A stretch of 64,000 nt of DNA, taken from an uncultured Actinomycetes bacterium (lineage in GTDB: Bacteria; Actinomycetota; Thermoleophilia; RBG-16-64-13). Numbering within the stretch: the first letter of the stretch is position 1; each line of letters opens with the position of its first letter. Shown here in pieces: positions 20,432-33,488 of this stretch. The DNA lies in NCBI GenBank assembly GCA_963706025.1, contig CAVPLM010000005.1, positions 672,001-736,000 of the forward strand. Direction: 5' to 3'. The notes beneath the pieces were generated by a model. The model had not been told where the DNA came from. It worked only from the letters and a program-made list of their open reading frames with translations, and did no database searches. The translations under genes were made by a program, and so were the position numbers.

Positions 20432-20513
20432 TGCCGGAGGCGGGACTCGAACCCGCACGGGCATAGCCCTACGGTGTTTAAGACCGTTGCGTCTGCCATT
20501 CCGCCACTCCGGC
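20432..20513 (-). tRNA. tRNA-Leu(TAA), intact; integration target
   Basis: GCCGGAGTGGCGGAATGGCAGACGCAACGGT CTTAAAC ACCGTAGGGCTATGCCCGTGCGGGTTCGAGTCCCGCCTCCGGCA folds as a class II cloverleaf. Confidence 0.95.
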
Positions 20514-20569
20514 AACCACGCTAACCCGCCCGTGACTCCCGGAGTCGTGGGCAGGGAGCTTTGCCTACC

Positions 20570-21520
20570 TTAGCACGCCCTGTGGAGAACGAGACCGTCC
20601 AAAAGGTCGCGCTCCGACACCGTCACTTCGTCGTATCCAAGCGTCTCCATAGCCGCCAGGAGGATCACGGTCCCGGCGACGATCACAGGGGCGCGGCCCG
20701 CCTGGACACAGGATAAGGATGCCCGCTCCTCCATCGTCATATCGCTCAGCAGCGCCAGAAGTTCCCGGACCCTCGTAACCGGAAGGATCCTGAGATGGAG
20801 GACTTCAGAGTCGTACTGTTCGAGACCCGCATCCAAACAGGCCAAGGTGGTGACCGTACCGGCTACTCCCACCAGGCGGGGCATCTCAGAGACGTGTGCA
20901 TCCGCGGATCCGTCGATCCGCCCGGCGCTCCGGCCATATTGGGAGCCTAGCGCGTCAATCGCGCGCGCGGCCTCGTCATAGATGCTCTCGATCTCCCGCG
21001 GTCGTTGGCGGGTCCGTGCGAATCCAGCGTTCAGTGGCCCGGCTTGCTCCCAGCTCGAGACTGACGACCTCTTCCAGGACTCCCCCCTGGCCCCGGCTCA
21101 GCTCCGTGCTCCCGCCCCCCACATCGACTACCACCAGATCTCCTTCGAGATCCAGAGATACGCCGGCGTACGCAAGCTCCGCCTCTTCCGGACCCGAAAG
21201 CACCATGGCCCTTACCCCGCCGTCCACGGTCAGTGAGCTGATGAAGTCCGCACCGTCAGCCGCCTCACGAACGGCGCTGGTGCCGGCCACCACGATAGAG
21301 CCTGCTTGATAGCAACGAGCCTTCTGCGCGTAGGTCGCCACGACCGCCGCCGTCCGGCGCCGGGCATCAGGATTCAGCCTGCCGCCGCGTTCCAGGCCCT
21401 CGCCCAACCTCGTCACCTCCGCCTGCCGAGAGATGGTCTCCAGCTTCCCTCCGTGTGCCCGCGCCACCAACAGGCGCACCGAGATCGTGCCGACATCGAT
21501 CGCGGCCCGGATCTCACAAG
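20570..21520 (-). CDS. ppx: Ppx/GppA exopolyphosphatase (frameshifted)
   Basis: AAIDVGTISVRLL, TSAVREA, EEAEL, DVGGGSTE, LVGVAGTVTTLA, VSERDLLDG. Confidence 0.85.
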
Positions 21521-21522
21521 GG

Positions 21523-22203
21523 TCAAATCGAGCACAGGAGCCGTCCCGGCACCATGTCTCCTCGACGGCCGGGAGAAACCGCGCCCAGATTCGCCGCGGC
21601 CAGTCGAATCGAGGCCGCATCTGCGGCAGGCCTCGAGGCCCCGGTCATACCGGCCACCCCTATCGCACCCGCCACCTCTGCCGGGCCTGCAACCGTTCTC
21701 GCCTCGGCGGAGCCGGGGTTCCCATCCGACTCTTCGCCGAGCCAACCGGACATTACAGCCAGCAAGGCAGCGGCATAAGCGTGTAGGCAGGAAGCCCTTT
21801 CGGGCCCCGATGGTCCCCCGATCCCGGCGTCGAGACGGATTTGCGGAGACTGCTCCCGTGCCAAGAATGCCCGGCGTTCCCGATACCGTCGTGTGATCTG
21901 CTCCAAGGCCCGGCCGGCCTCCGGATCCGTGCCCACCCATTCTCGGAACGCCTTCACCGCCCCGGTCGCTTCTGCTCTGCTCACGGCGGTGACCATCGTC
22001 GGACAGGTGAGATAGAGAAGCGTGGGGTTCGGCGCTTCGGCGAGCACCGGTGCGGTCTCAATGACCGCCGGATAACCGAATGGACACCTTGCTGCTATGC
22101 CGGTGAGATCACGCGGAGGGCGGCCGAGTTGGCCCGCGACCACCGCCAGATCACCCGGGGTGATACGCCCGCCGACGTTACTCAGGCTCGGCCCGAGACT
22201 CAC
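21523..22203 (-). CDS. DUF501 family protein
   Basis: QLGRPPR..AARCPFGYPAV, PTLLYLTCP, GIGG, CLHA; usual eno-divIC-DUF501-ppx synteny. Confidence 0.85.
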   Translation of the reverse strand: MSLGPSLSNVGGRITPGDLAVVAGQLGRPPRDLTGIAARCPFGYPAVIETAPVLAEAPNPTLLYLTCPTMVTAVSRAEATGAVKAFREWVGTDPEAGRALEQITRRYRERRAFLAREQSPQIRLDAGIGGPSGPERASCLHAYAAALLAVMSGWLGEESDGNPGSAEARTVAGPAEVAGAIGVAGMTGASRPAADAASIRLAAANLGAVSPGRRGDMVPGRLLCSI

Positions 22204-22691
22204 TAGGACGCGTCGGCGACGCCCTCGGCTTGGGTGTCGTCTCCGACGGCGGTGTCTGTCCCGACCGGGGCACCGGTCGCCGCCGCGCCGCCGATCGCCG
22301 CCGAATCAGCGCCGGGGCTTAGACCGGCGCTCGCCGCCGGTGCCGTCGTGCCGGTGGTCGACATGACCGTCGTCGAGGACGAAGTGGTCACTGCGGTAGT
22401 CGTCGAGCCAGAAGTGCCCGAAGTGGATGCCGGCACGGTGATCGGTAGGAGACTGAAGGGCGGAGAGTCACCCTGGCCGTCCTCGCCGCGGACCGAAGCC
22501 CCAACCGTCGCCCCGATAACCGCGATGACCAGAGCAACCAGTACCAGCACTACCACGGCCACGGTCCGCGATCGGCGATCCCTTCGAGGACGCGAACGGT
22601 CCGAACGCGGACGGGAAGCCCCGAGACCGTCCGGTCCGCCCTGGGCGCCTTGCTCACGGCGAAGCCCGTTGTCGCTTCCGTTGGGCGTCAT
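22203..22691 (-). CDS. Single-TM Ser/Thr/Ala-rich hypothetical protein
   Basis: Arg-rich N-terminus, TM, low-complexity tail; fills the operon gap. Confidence 0.55.
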   Translation of the reverse strand: MTPNGSDNGLRREQGAQGGPDGLGASRPRSDRSRPRRDRRSRTVAVVVLVLVALVIAVIGATVGASVRGEDGQGDSPPFSLLPITVPASTSGTSGSTTTAVTTSSSTTVMSTTGTTAPAASAGLSPGADSAAIGGAAATGAPVGTDTAVGDDTQAEGVADAS

Positions 22692-22724
22692 CGGGGCTCC
22701 AGCATGGCGGGGCTGTCCCGCATG

Positions 22725-23336
22725 TCAGAAGAGTCCGGTGATCGCCGCAACGATGCGCTCCAGGAAACCGGCTCTGCCGGCCTCGTCGCTATCCGACCTT
22801 TCCGCACCCGGTGCCGCTGCTCCCGTCCCGAAGCCGGTCACCGGACTTGCGCCCACTACCGCTGCGCCGATTCCCGCTGTGGGAACCTGGCCCTCTTCCT
22901 CGACGTCTCCCGTCCCCAAAGCCGTGGATCCAGCCGCAGCGGCCGCATCGCCGGCGCCCTTCCCGGCAACGCCGCCCTCGGCGTCTGCCGGTCCCGTGAC
23001 GATGTACAGTTGCTCGTCCGGCCGCGCATAGGTCAGCTCCTGCCTAGCAAGGCCCTCGAGGTAGCCGGCCTCGCTGAGCTTGCCCAGTTGGGCCTGCAGC
23101 GCGGCCTTCTGTTCCTCGAGCCCCGCCACCTCTGTAGCCGCCTTCTCGAGACGATCGCGAGCATCCTGGTAGTGCCGCACCGGACCGTAATTGGCCGCCA
23201 CACCGGCGACCACGAGCAGGACGAAGCAGCCGAGCAACAGCAGTCGCCGACGAGTACCGCAGCGCGAACGCCGGGAGTCGGGCGATACCACGTCGCCGGG
23301 CAGTGCCGGCGCTGTCTGCGCACTCGCGTTGCTCAT
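22725..23336 (-). CDS. ftsB: Septum formation initiator FtsB/DivIC
   Basis: TM, coiled coil, YLEGLARQELTYARPDE; directly after eno. Confidence 0.8.
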   Translation of the reverse strand: MSNASAQTAPALPGDVVSPDSRRSRCGTRRRLLLLGCFVLLVVAGVAANYGPVRHYQDARDRLEKAATEVAGLEEQKAALQAQLGKLSEAGYLEGLARQELTYARPDEQLYIVTGPADAEGGVAGKGAGDAAAAAGSTALGTGDVEEEGQVPTAGIGAAVVGASPVTGFGTGAAAPGAERSDSDEAGRAGFLERIVAAITGLF

Positions 23337-23535
23337 GGTCCTTCTTCTATTCGCCCTCGCCGCGGCACTGTCCTCCGCGCCGGCCGCGGGATTCCCGGCT
23401 CGGGCGTCGAATTCCCGCGCTCATCTCGTCCGCCCGGCTACCCAGCGCGTGCCCTTGGCTGCGCCCTGCGCCCGCTACGTGCCCGCGCCGGTCCTGCGCC
23501 TGTCAGCCGCCCGCGCGCCGTCGCTCCTGCGCAGG

Positions 23536-25703
<2,168 letters not shown>

Positions 25704-25712
25704 GCGGTCTCG

Positions 25713-26801
25713 CTACTTCTGGTCGGAGGTGCTGGTGGTCGACCGCTCGGTCGTGTCGCTCGTGGGAGGAGGGAGGCTCGAGTCCCGCCCGATATCCCAC
25801 GCCCAGCTCGGCGTGCTTGCCGGCCAGCCACTCCTGCCAGGTCTGCGGTCTGCTTCTATTCCAGAAGGGTGCTCTTGATGTTCTCCTTCACCTGGTCGAA
25901 GGCAAGCTGGTCCTCGGGCGTGATGTCGGTCACCTCGATCAGGTGATAGCCGTACTGGGTCTTGACCGGCTCAGAGAGCTCGCCCTTCTGGAGAGCTCGA
26001 ACACCGCTTCCTCGAAGGCTGGAACCATCTGCCCTCTGGTCACCGGGCCCAGCTCGCCTCCCGACTCCTTGGTGGCGGCGTCGTCGGAGTACTTCCCGGC
26101 CTCGCGACTTGAAATCGGCGCCGTTCTGGATCTCGCTGCGGACTTTCTCGGCCTCGGCCCTGGCCGCGTCCCAGTCGGCCTGGGTGGGAGTGGTCGACAT
26201 GCGTGCCGTCGTCCTCAAGTTGCACAGGAGCGATGAGGATGTGGCGGGTCTCCCGCGCTTCCGGCTCCACGTAATCGGCCTTGTGGGCCTCGTAGTAGGC
26301 CTCGACCTCCGCCTCGCTCACCCTCACATCCTCGGTGACGGCGGCCTTCATCCGTTCCAGGAGCAGACCGTCTCGAGGGACTCCGTGAGCTGCTCCAGGG
26401 TGATGTTCTGCTTCTCGAGCGCCTCGTCGAACTTCTTCTCGTCGCCCTGGAAGTACTGCTTGATCTCTTCCACCTCAGCCTGCACGTCTTGCTCGGTGAC
26501 GGTGACATCGTAGGCGGCGGCCTCCTGCCGGAGCACCTCCAGGGTCACCAGATACTCGGCCAACCCCTGCTCGAAGCTGCGGTACTCGTCCTCCTGCTTG
26601 TCCTTGTCCGGGGCTCGGCCCGCCGCCTCATACACGGCCTTCAATCTTGTCGAACTGGTCCTGGGAGACGAGCGCCTGCCCCACCATGGCCACCGCCCCG
26701 TCGGGCAGGTCCTCTGCGCAACCAATGACCGCCGCGACCGGCAGAAGGAGCAGGCAGAAGGCGAGCAGCCTTATCGCTATCGACCTCTTTGTGTGGATCA
26801 C
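25713..26801 (-). CDS. PrsA/SurA-like peptidyl-prolyl isomerase lipoprotein (frameshifted)
   Basis: VIGC lipobox, TRHILI, SGGELG, LSEPVKTQYGYHLI; follows mfd. Confidence 0.8.
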
Positions 26802-29800
26802 GCTGCGTCCTCCCCGCCGGCGAGCGCGAGTATATCATCCAGCACTTCCCGAACCGCTTGTCGGGGACCCCGCTCGTCCCCGCGTAATCCCAGGGAGAGC
26901 TGCCCCTGCACCGATGCGTACACGTAGCGACGGTCGCGCGCGCGCAGCCGCTCGCGCGAGCCCGGAGGCAGCGTCAGCCCGGTGGCGACCAACCGGCCCT
27001 GCCGCACCGAGAGCGAGTCGGCGCCCAGCTCCTGCAGCGTCGACCCGCACCTCTCCCAGGAAGATGAGGTTGTCCACCGGCTCCGGGATCTCGCCGAAGC
27101 GATCCTTCAGCTCGACGCGTAGCTCGTCCAGCTCGTTCCGTCGTGCCGGCGGAGGCGATGCGCCGGTGCAGGTCGACCCGGGCCGCTTCGTAGCCGATGA
27201 AGCCGGCCGGCACGTGCGCGTCGATCCCCACTTCCACCCGGGGCAGCTTCTCCGTGCTCACCTTCTGTCCCTGGAGCTCGGCAGCAGCGTCCTGCAGCAT
27301 GGACAGGTACATCTCGAAGCCCACGGCTGCGATGTGGCCCGACTGCTCCTCCCCCAACAACTCGCCCGCCCCTCGGATCTCCAGGTCGCGCATGGCGATC
27401 TTGAAGCCCGAGCCCAGCTCCGTGTAGTCGGCCAGGGTGGACAGCCGAGCCATCGCCTCCTCGGTCAGCACGGCCTCGTCCGGGTGGAACAGGAAGGCGT
27501 GCGCCACCCGGGCCGAACGGCCGATGCGCCCTCGGATCTGGTAGAGCTGCGCCAGGCCGAGCAGGTCGGCCCGTTCGACGATGAGCGTGTTGGCGTTGGG
27601 GATGTCGAGCCCGCTCTCGATGATGGTGGTGGTCACCAGCACGTCGGAGTCGCCGCGCAGGAACTCGAGCATGACCCGCTCCAGCTCCTGCTCGGGCATC
27701 TGCCCGTGGGCCACAGCGAAGCGCACCTGGGGCATGAGGCCGCGCAGCCGCGCGGCCGTCTTGTCGATGGTCTCCACCCGGTTGTGCAGGTAGTAGACCT
27801 GGCCGCCACGGTCGATCTCCCGCTCGATGGCCCGCTTGACCATGCCCTCGTCGTACAGGCCCACGTAGGTCTGGATGGGATGGCGGTCGCGGGGCGGGGT
27901 CTCGATGACGGTGATGTCGCGCACCCCGGAGAGCGACATCTGCAGCGTGCGCGGGATGGGGGTGGCCGTGAGGGTGAGCACGTCCACCCGCACCTTGAGA
28001 CGGCGCAGGGCCTCCTTCTGGGCCACGCCGAAGCGCTGCTCCTCGTCCACGATGACCAGACCCAGATCCTTGGGCATTGACGTCCTGCGAAAGGAGCCGG
28101 TGGGTGCCGATGAGCACGTCCACCCTGCCGGCGGAGAAATCCTTGAGGATGCGCTTCTGCTCCGCGGCCGAGCGGAAGCGGGAGAGCATCTCCACCTTCA
28201 CCGGGAAATCGGCGAACCGCTCCCGGAACGTGCCGTAGTGTTGCTGAGCCAGGATGGTGGTGGGGACCAGAACCATGACCTGTTTGCTGTCCAGCGTCGC
28301 CTTGAAGGCCGCCCGCAGCGCCACCTCGGTCTTGCCGTAGCCCACGTCGCCGCAGAGGAGCCGGTCCATGGGCTGCGCGGACTCCATGTCGTCCTTGACG
28401 GCATCGATGGCCCGTCGTTGGTCCTCGGTCTCCTCGTAGGGGAAGGCCTTCTCGAAGCGCACCTGCCACTCGCCGTCTTCGGAGAAGCGATGACCGAACG
28501 TGGCCTGACGGAGCGCGTACAGATGCAGCAGCTCCCCCGCCACCTGACGGGCGGCCTTGCGCACCCGGCTCTTGAGGTGCTCCCAGGCTTCTGCCCCCCA
28601 GCTTGGCGAGTGCGGGAGGAGTCCCCCCGCTCCCACGTAGCGCATGACCTTGGCTATCTGGTCGTGGGGGATGTAGAGCATGTCCCCGTCCCGGTAGGCC
28701 AGGTCGAGGTAGTCTCTCGTGACCCCGGCGACGGTCTTGGTGGAGATGCCCTCGAAGCGACCCACCCCGTGATCTTCGTGCACCACGAAGTCGCCCTTGC
28801 GCAGGTCGCGAAAAGCTGGAGAGCTCCAGCCCGGCCAACGGCCGGCGCGCAGCCGCGGCCTTGTGCCGGCGGGGAAAGATCAACGCGTCGGTGAGCAGCG
28901 CAAGCTTCAGGTCGGGCAGCATGAAGTGGCGGCGGTGCGGCACCGGCAGGAACGTCACTCCGGGGCCACGACCAACGTCTCCGGCCGTGCCCACAGACCC
29001 CGTCACGCGCCGCAGAATGTAGCCCGCCCGTTCCGCCTCCGCCCGTTGCTCGAACGCGATGACCACCCGGTATCCGTCGTCTACCAGCCGACGGATGGCT
29101 TCCTCGGCCTCCGGCAGATTGGCGACAGGTAGCTCACCGCTGGTCGCGCGGAAGGCCGGCGCCGGGTCCGCCCCCGCAACCTGCCCCAGCGAGTCAAGGA
29201 TGACGGCAGGAAACGCGGCAAGAGCCTCCTCGATCTCGGGCCAGCCGGCATACCAGCGCCCTTTCCCTCGGTCGCCCAGCACGTCGCTCAGATCGCTCTG
29301 GAACCCATCGATTGCCGCCCGGGCCCGAGCCGGATCGGTCTGGATGACGAGTGCGCCCTCCGGAAGAAGCGAGACGACACTCACCGGCTCCACGCCCGGC
29401 TCCTCCGCGGCTGCGTGAAGCCGCACTCTCTCCAGCGGCCCCAGGGAACGCTGGGAATAGACAGAGAAGCTGCGCAGGTTCTCCACCTCGTCGCCCCAGA
29501 ATTCGATCCGCATCGGATAGCGCTCGGTCGTCGGGAACACGTCGATGATCCCGCCCCGCACGGAGAAATCGCCCGCGTCCTCCACTTGGTCCACCCGCAC
29601 GTAGCCCAGACGGGCCAGGCTCCTCGTGAGTCCCTCGAAATCAAGGTACGCTCCCGCCGAGACCGTCAGCGGCGGTTCCGTCGGCGCCACCACCCCCTCC
29701 AGCAGGGTGGCCGCCTCGACTACGAGCACTGGATACCCCTGCTCGCCCACCACTTGGGGGCTGAGAGCGCCCACCGCCCGGGCGCGTCTTCCGGCCACCC

Positions 29801-30161
29801 GCGGCTTGACTTCTCCCTCCGATCCGTACCAGACCCCCCGGCGGGGCAGGTAGACGACCGGACGCTCCCCACAGTAGAGGCCGATCTCGTGCTCCATCTC
29901 GAGCGCAGCCTCCTGGCTCGGGGCGATCACAAGTACGACGCTCTCGCTCCAAGGACGACGCTGCAGAAGACCGGCCGCGAGATAGGCATGGATGTGCGAG
30001 GGACACGTCACCTCGACCGAGATCCGGGACGCCGCATCAGTGACCCGCGACCCCGTCCGAGCGACCTCGCTCGGAGGCGCGAGGCGGGCCTGAGGCGCCG
30101 CTTGGGCCAGCAACTGCTCGAACGGCGGATAGCCGCCCAGATAGTCGATCAGGCGGGGCAT
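26798..30161 (-). CDS. mfd: Transcription-repair coupling factor (frameshifted)
   Basis: [67 protein letters not shown]. Confidence 0.95.
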
Positions 30162-30727
30162 GCGCCGTCACCCCGCGCGATCAACCACTCCTCCGCGAGG
30201 TCGGCGGCCCGGCCGATCAGTATGAGCACCTCTTCCCGAGGCTCGTCGAACGGTTCGAGCACGTGATCGATGAGCGGCCGCCCAGACGATCCCGGCCGCC
30301 CCACGCCCACCCGTACGCGCCAGAAATCCCGGCTGCGGAGGGATCCCTCGATGCTGCGCAGCCCGTTGTGTCCTCCCAGGCCCCCGCCTTCTTTCAAGCG
30401 GACCTCGCCGAAGGCCACCTCGACCTCGTCGTGGATCACCAGTATCTGCTCGACGGGGATCTTGTGGTAGCGCGCGGCCTCGGCGGCCGCGCGCCCGGAA
30501 AGGTTCATGAAGGTCATAGGTAGCAGCAACACCACCCGGCGCCCGGCCATCAAGCCGTCCCCGACGAGTCCCTGAAAGCGCGAGCGCAAACGCGGCAGAT
30601 CGTGGCGCCGCCTGAGTTCCTCGCCCACCATGAATCCGACATTGTGGCGGTCGAACTGATACTCGGGCCCAGGATTACCCAGGGCGACTATGAGGTAGGT
30701 GGGGACAGCCTGCACCTTACGTCCCAT
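30149..30727 (-). CDS. pth: Peptidyl-tRNA hydrolase
   Basis: LGNPGPEY..RHNVGF, TFMNLSG, GGHNGLRSI. Confidence 0.95.
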   Translation of the reverse strand: MGRKVQAVPTYLIVALGNPGPEYQFDRHNVGFMVGEELRRRHDLPRLRSRFQGLVGDGLMAGRRVVLLLPMTFMNLSGRAAAEAARYHKIPVEQILVIHDEVEVAFGEVRLKEGGGLGGHNGLRSIEGSLRSRDFWRVRVGVGRPGSSGRPLIDHVLEPFDEPREEVLILIGRAADLAEEWLIARGDGACPA

Positions 30728-30775
30728 CGGTAGTGGGCGACAAGGCTTACGGACCAGGGCCACCCCGCCGCGGGG

Positions 30776-31456
30776 TTACTCCTCGCTCGGGGCTTCGCCG
30801 ATGACCTCAGGCTCCTCGGGGGCCTCAGCCGCTTCTTCCGCAGCCACTTCGACCTCCACGCGCGGCGGGAGAACAGCGGCGACGATCGTCTCGGGATCGT
30901 CGACGATGGTCACTCCGGCTGGAGCCGACAAGGCCCCTACCACCGCATGCTGGCCGATCTCAAGAGCGCTGATGTCGAGCTGCAGGACCGGCGGTACATC
31001 GCCGGGAAGAGCCCGCACCAGCACTTCGCGGTGTTCCCAGTCCAACACTCCACCTTCGACCACTCCGGCCGGCTTGCCGACGAGCTCGATGGCCACAGCG
31101 GCTTCGATCTCCACGGCCAGGTCGACCTCGTGCAGATCGACGTGGAGTAGACGTCGCCGCGTGGGAAGGAACTGGAGCTCCTTGACGACCGCGTAGCGGG
31201 CGGCCGTCTTCTTACCCCGCGATCCTCCCTTCGCCGTCTTCGCCGGCGTGGACCCGCTCTCGAATTCGAGCTGGAGCACCACGTTCTGACCATGAGTCAG
31301 AGCCGCCCTGAGATCATCCAGGTCGATCGATATGGCGGTAGCCGTCGCGCCTTTCCCATAGGTCACGCCGGGGATCCGGCCTTCCGCGCGCAGCCGCCGG
31401 GCCGGGCCGTTACCGGTCTCTTCCCGTTCGCGTACCGCCAATTTGATCGTATCCAT
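30776..31456 (-). CDS. rplY: 50S ribosomal protein L25/Ctc
   Basis: ARRLRAEGRIPGVTYG, LLHVDL, long Ctc form. Confidence 0.92.
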   Translation of the reverse strand: MDTIKLAVREREETGNGPARRLRAEGRIPGVTYGKGATATAISIDLDDLRAALTHGQNVVLQLEFESGSTPAKTAKGGSRGKKTAARYAVVKELQFLPTRRRLLHVDLHEVDLAVEIEAAVAIELVGKPAGVVEGGVLDWEHREVLVRALPGDVPPVLQLDISALEIGQHAVVGALSAPAGVTIVDDPETIVAAVLPPRVEVEVAAEEAAEAPEEPEVIGEAPSEE

Positions 31457-31470
31457 ACCCGTCTCCTCAG

Positions 31471-32466
31471 CTAGAACAGCTGGTTATCTCCTTGAAAGAG
31501 CTCGCTCACCGATTCGTCGGTGAACACGTTCCTGATGGTATCTGCCAGAATACCGGCCGTGGATAGTACCACAATCTTGGTCTGGTCCGTCCCGTCACGC
31601 AGGGGAATGGTGTCGGTGACCACGCACTCCTTGAGCGATGACTCGGCGATACGTTCGTAGGCCGGACCGGATAGCACGGGATGGGTACAGGCTGCGTACA
31701 CTGCTTCGGCCCCTCCGTCGAGGAGAGCCTGGACTCCGTTGACCAGGGTGCCGGCGGTGTCGATGATGTCGTCCACGATGATGGCCGTCTTGCCGTCCAC
31801 CTCGCCAATGACGTGCATGACCCGGGACACGTTGTGCTCGGGCCGCAGCTTCGTCAGTACCGCGACCGAGCATTCCAGGCGATCGGCCATCCGCTTGGCG
31901 GTCTTGAGACCGCCGGCGTCCGGGGAGACCACGACCTTTTCGCCGAGGTCCTTGAGTCTGAAGTAGTCGGCGATCATGGAGAGGGCGGTCATGTGATCGA
32001 CCGGGATCCCGAAGAAGCCCTGCAACTGTCCGGCATGGAGGTCCATGGTGAGTACCCGGTCCACTCCCGCGGCTTCGATCATGTCGGCCACGAGGCGCGC
32101 GGTGATCGGCTCCCGAGGACAGCTCTTCTTATCCTGGCGGGAGTATCCCATCCAGGGAACGACCGCAGTGACCCGGTGCGCAGACGCCAATCGAGCCGCC
32201 TGGGCCATGATGAGGAGCTCCATGAGGTTCTCGTTGACCGGACGGCAGGTCGGTTGGACGATGAATACATCGGCGCCGCGGACGCTCTCGCTGTATTTGA
32301 CGTAGATCTCGCCGTCGGCGAAGGTCCTGATATCGACCCGGCCCAGCTCGATGCCCAGTTTTTCGGCTATCTTGTGACCGAGTTCAGGGTTGCCCCGCCC
32401 GGAGAACACCATCAACGAACGCTCGGGGGTTATCCGCGTGCAGCGACGCGGCTCCCAATCTCCCAT
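31471..32466 (-). CDS. prs: Ribose-phosphate pyrophosphokinase
   Basis: FADGEI, YSRQDKK, DLHAGQLQGFF, VVSPDAGG, DDIIDTAGT. Confidence 0.97.
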   Translation of the reverse strand: MGDWEPRRCTRITPERSLMVFSGRGNPELGHKIAEKLGIELGRVDIRTFADGEIYVKYSESVRGADVFIVQPTCRPVNENLMELLIMAQAARLASAHRVTAVVPWMGYSRQDKKSCPREPITARLVADMIEAAGVDRVLTMDLHAGQLQGFFGIPVDHMTALSMIADYFRLKDLGEKVVVSPDAGGLKTAKRMADRLECSVAVLTKLRPEHNVSRVMHVIGEVDGKTAIIVDDIIDTAGTLVNGVQALLDGGAEAVYAACTHPVLSGPAYERIAESSLKECVVTDTIPLRDGTDQTKIVVLSTAGILADTIRNVFTDESVSELFQGDNQLF

Positions 32467-32510
32467 GCCCGGCTCCTCCTCGCTCTCACGTATCTTCACC
32501 TAGTACGGTA

Positions 32511-33311
32511 TCACCCATCGACGTGGCGTGTCTCCCCCAGTCTCGAGGCCCCGTCGAGCTTGAAGCGCAGCCTCATGAGGGTCTCAGCTTCGGCAAGCTC
32601 CGCCCGGGAGTTCACCCCCAGCACCAGAGAGGGGTCGGCGACCGTGCTCGCCGATACCGGCTCGCCCCGTTCTCGCAGCCCGGCGATCACGTCGGTCAGG
32701 TAGATCTCGCCCTGATCGTTGTCGGCCCCTACCTGCTCCAGGATCTCCAAGGCGAGCGGCACGGGGAGCACGTACATGCCGGAGTTGATCTCGTGGACGG
32801 CCAACTCCTCCGGACCGGCGTCCCGGTGCTCGACGATCCGCGAGACACTCCCGTCGGCGGCGCGTATGACCCGCCCGTAGCCCGTGGGGTCGTCGAGCAT
32901 GGTCGTAAGGACAGTGGCAGCCGCGCCGGAAGCCTCGTGGTCGCGCACCAGGGAACGCAGGGCCTCCCCTGTCACCAGCGGCGTATCACCCGGGACCACC
33001 AGGTTCGGACCCGGCAGCAGGTGATGGGCGGCCGCGAGCAAGGCGTGGCCGGTGCCCAGTTGCCTCTCTTGGAGCGCGACCACGCAGCCGGCCGGCAGGC
33101 AGGGGACAACTTGGTCGTATCCGTGCCCGAGGACCACGACCACGCGGGGAGCGCCCGCTTCGGCGCCGAGCTCAGCCACTGCCGCAAGGACGTGCAGCAG
33201 CATGGGCCGTCCGCACACGGGGTGCAGCACCTTGGGAAGCTCCGACTTCATGCGCGTACCCTGGCCGGCGGCCAGTACGACGACGCTGGCGATATGAGAG
33301 CTCGAGACCAG
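32511..33311 (-). CDS. glmU: GlmU N-terminal uridyltransferase domain only
   Basis: VVLAAGQGTRMKSELPKVLH, QLGTGHA, PTGYGRV, EINSG, QGEIYLTD, GVNSR; stops before the LbH domain; start approximate. Confidence 0.75.
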   Translation of the reverse strand: MVSSSHIASVVVLAAGQGTRMKSELPKVLHPVCGRPMLLHVLAAVAELGAEAGAPRVVVVLGHGYDQVVPCLPAGCVVALQERQLGTGHALLAAAHHLLPGPNLVVPGDTPLVTGEALRSLVRDHEASGAAATVLTTMLDDPTGYGRVIRAADGSVSRIVEHRDAGPEELAVHEINSGMYVLPVPLALEILEQVGADNDQGEIYLTDVIAGLRERGEPVSASTVADPSLVLGVNSRAELAEAETLMRLRFKLDGASRLGETRHVDG

Positions 33312-33348
33312 TTTGCACCCCTACGGAGCCACGGACGACGAAGGGAAG

Positions 33349-33420
33349 CTGGGGCGGCAGGATTCGAACCTACGCATCACGGGACCAAAACCCGTTGCCT
33401 TACCACTTGGCCACGCCCCA
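33349..33420 (-). tRNA. tRNA-Gln(TTG)
   Basis: TGGGGCGTGGCCAAGTGGTAAGGCAACGGG TTTTGGT CCCGTGATGCGTAGGTTCGAATCCTGCCGCCCCAG. Confidence 0.95.
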
Positions 33421-33488
33421 CCGCTTTCCGGATGCGGGGGCAGATGCCCCGCGAGCGCACGGAGTATAGGTCAGCCGTCGGAGGGGTG

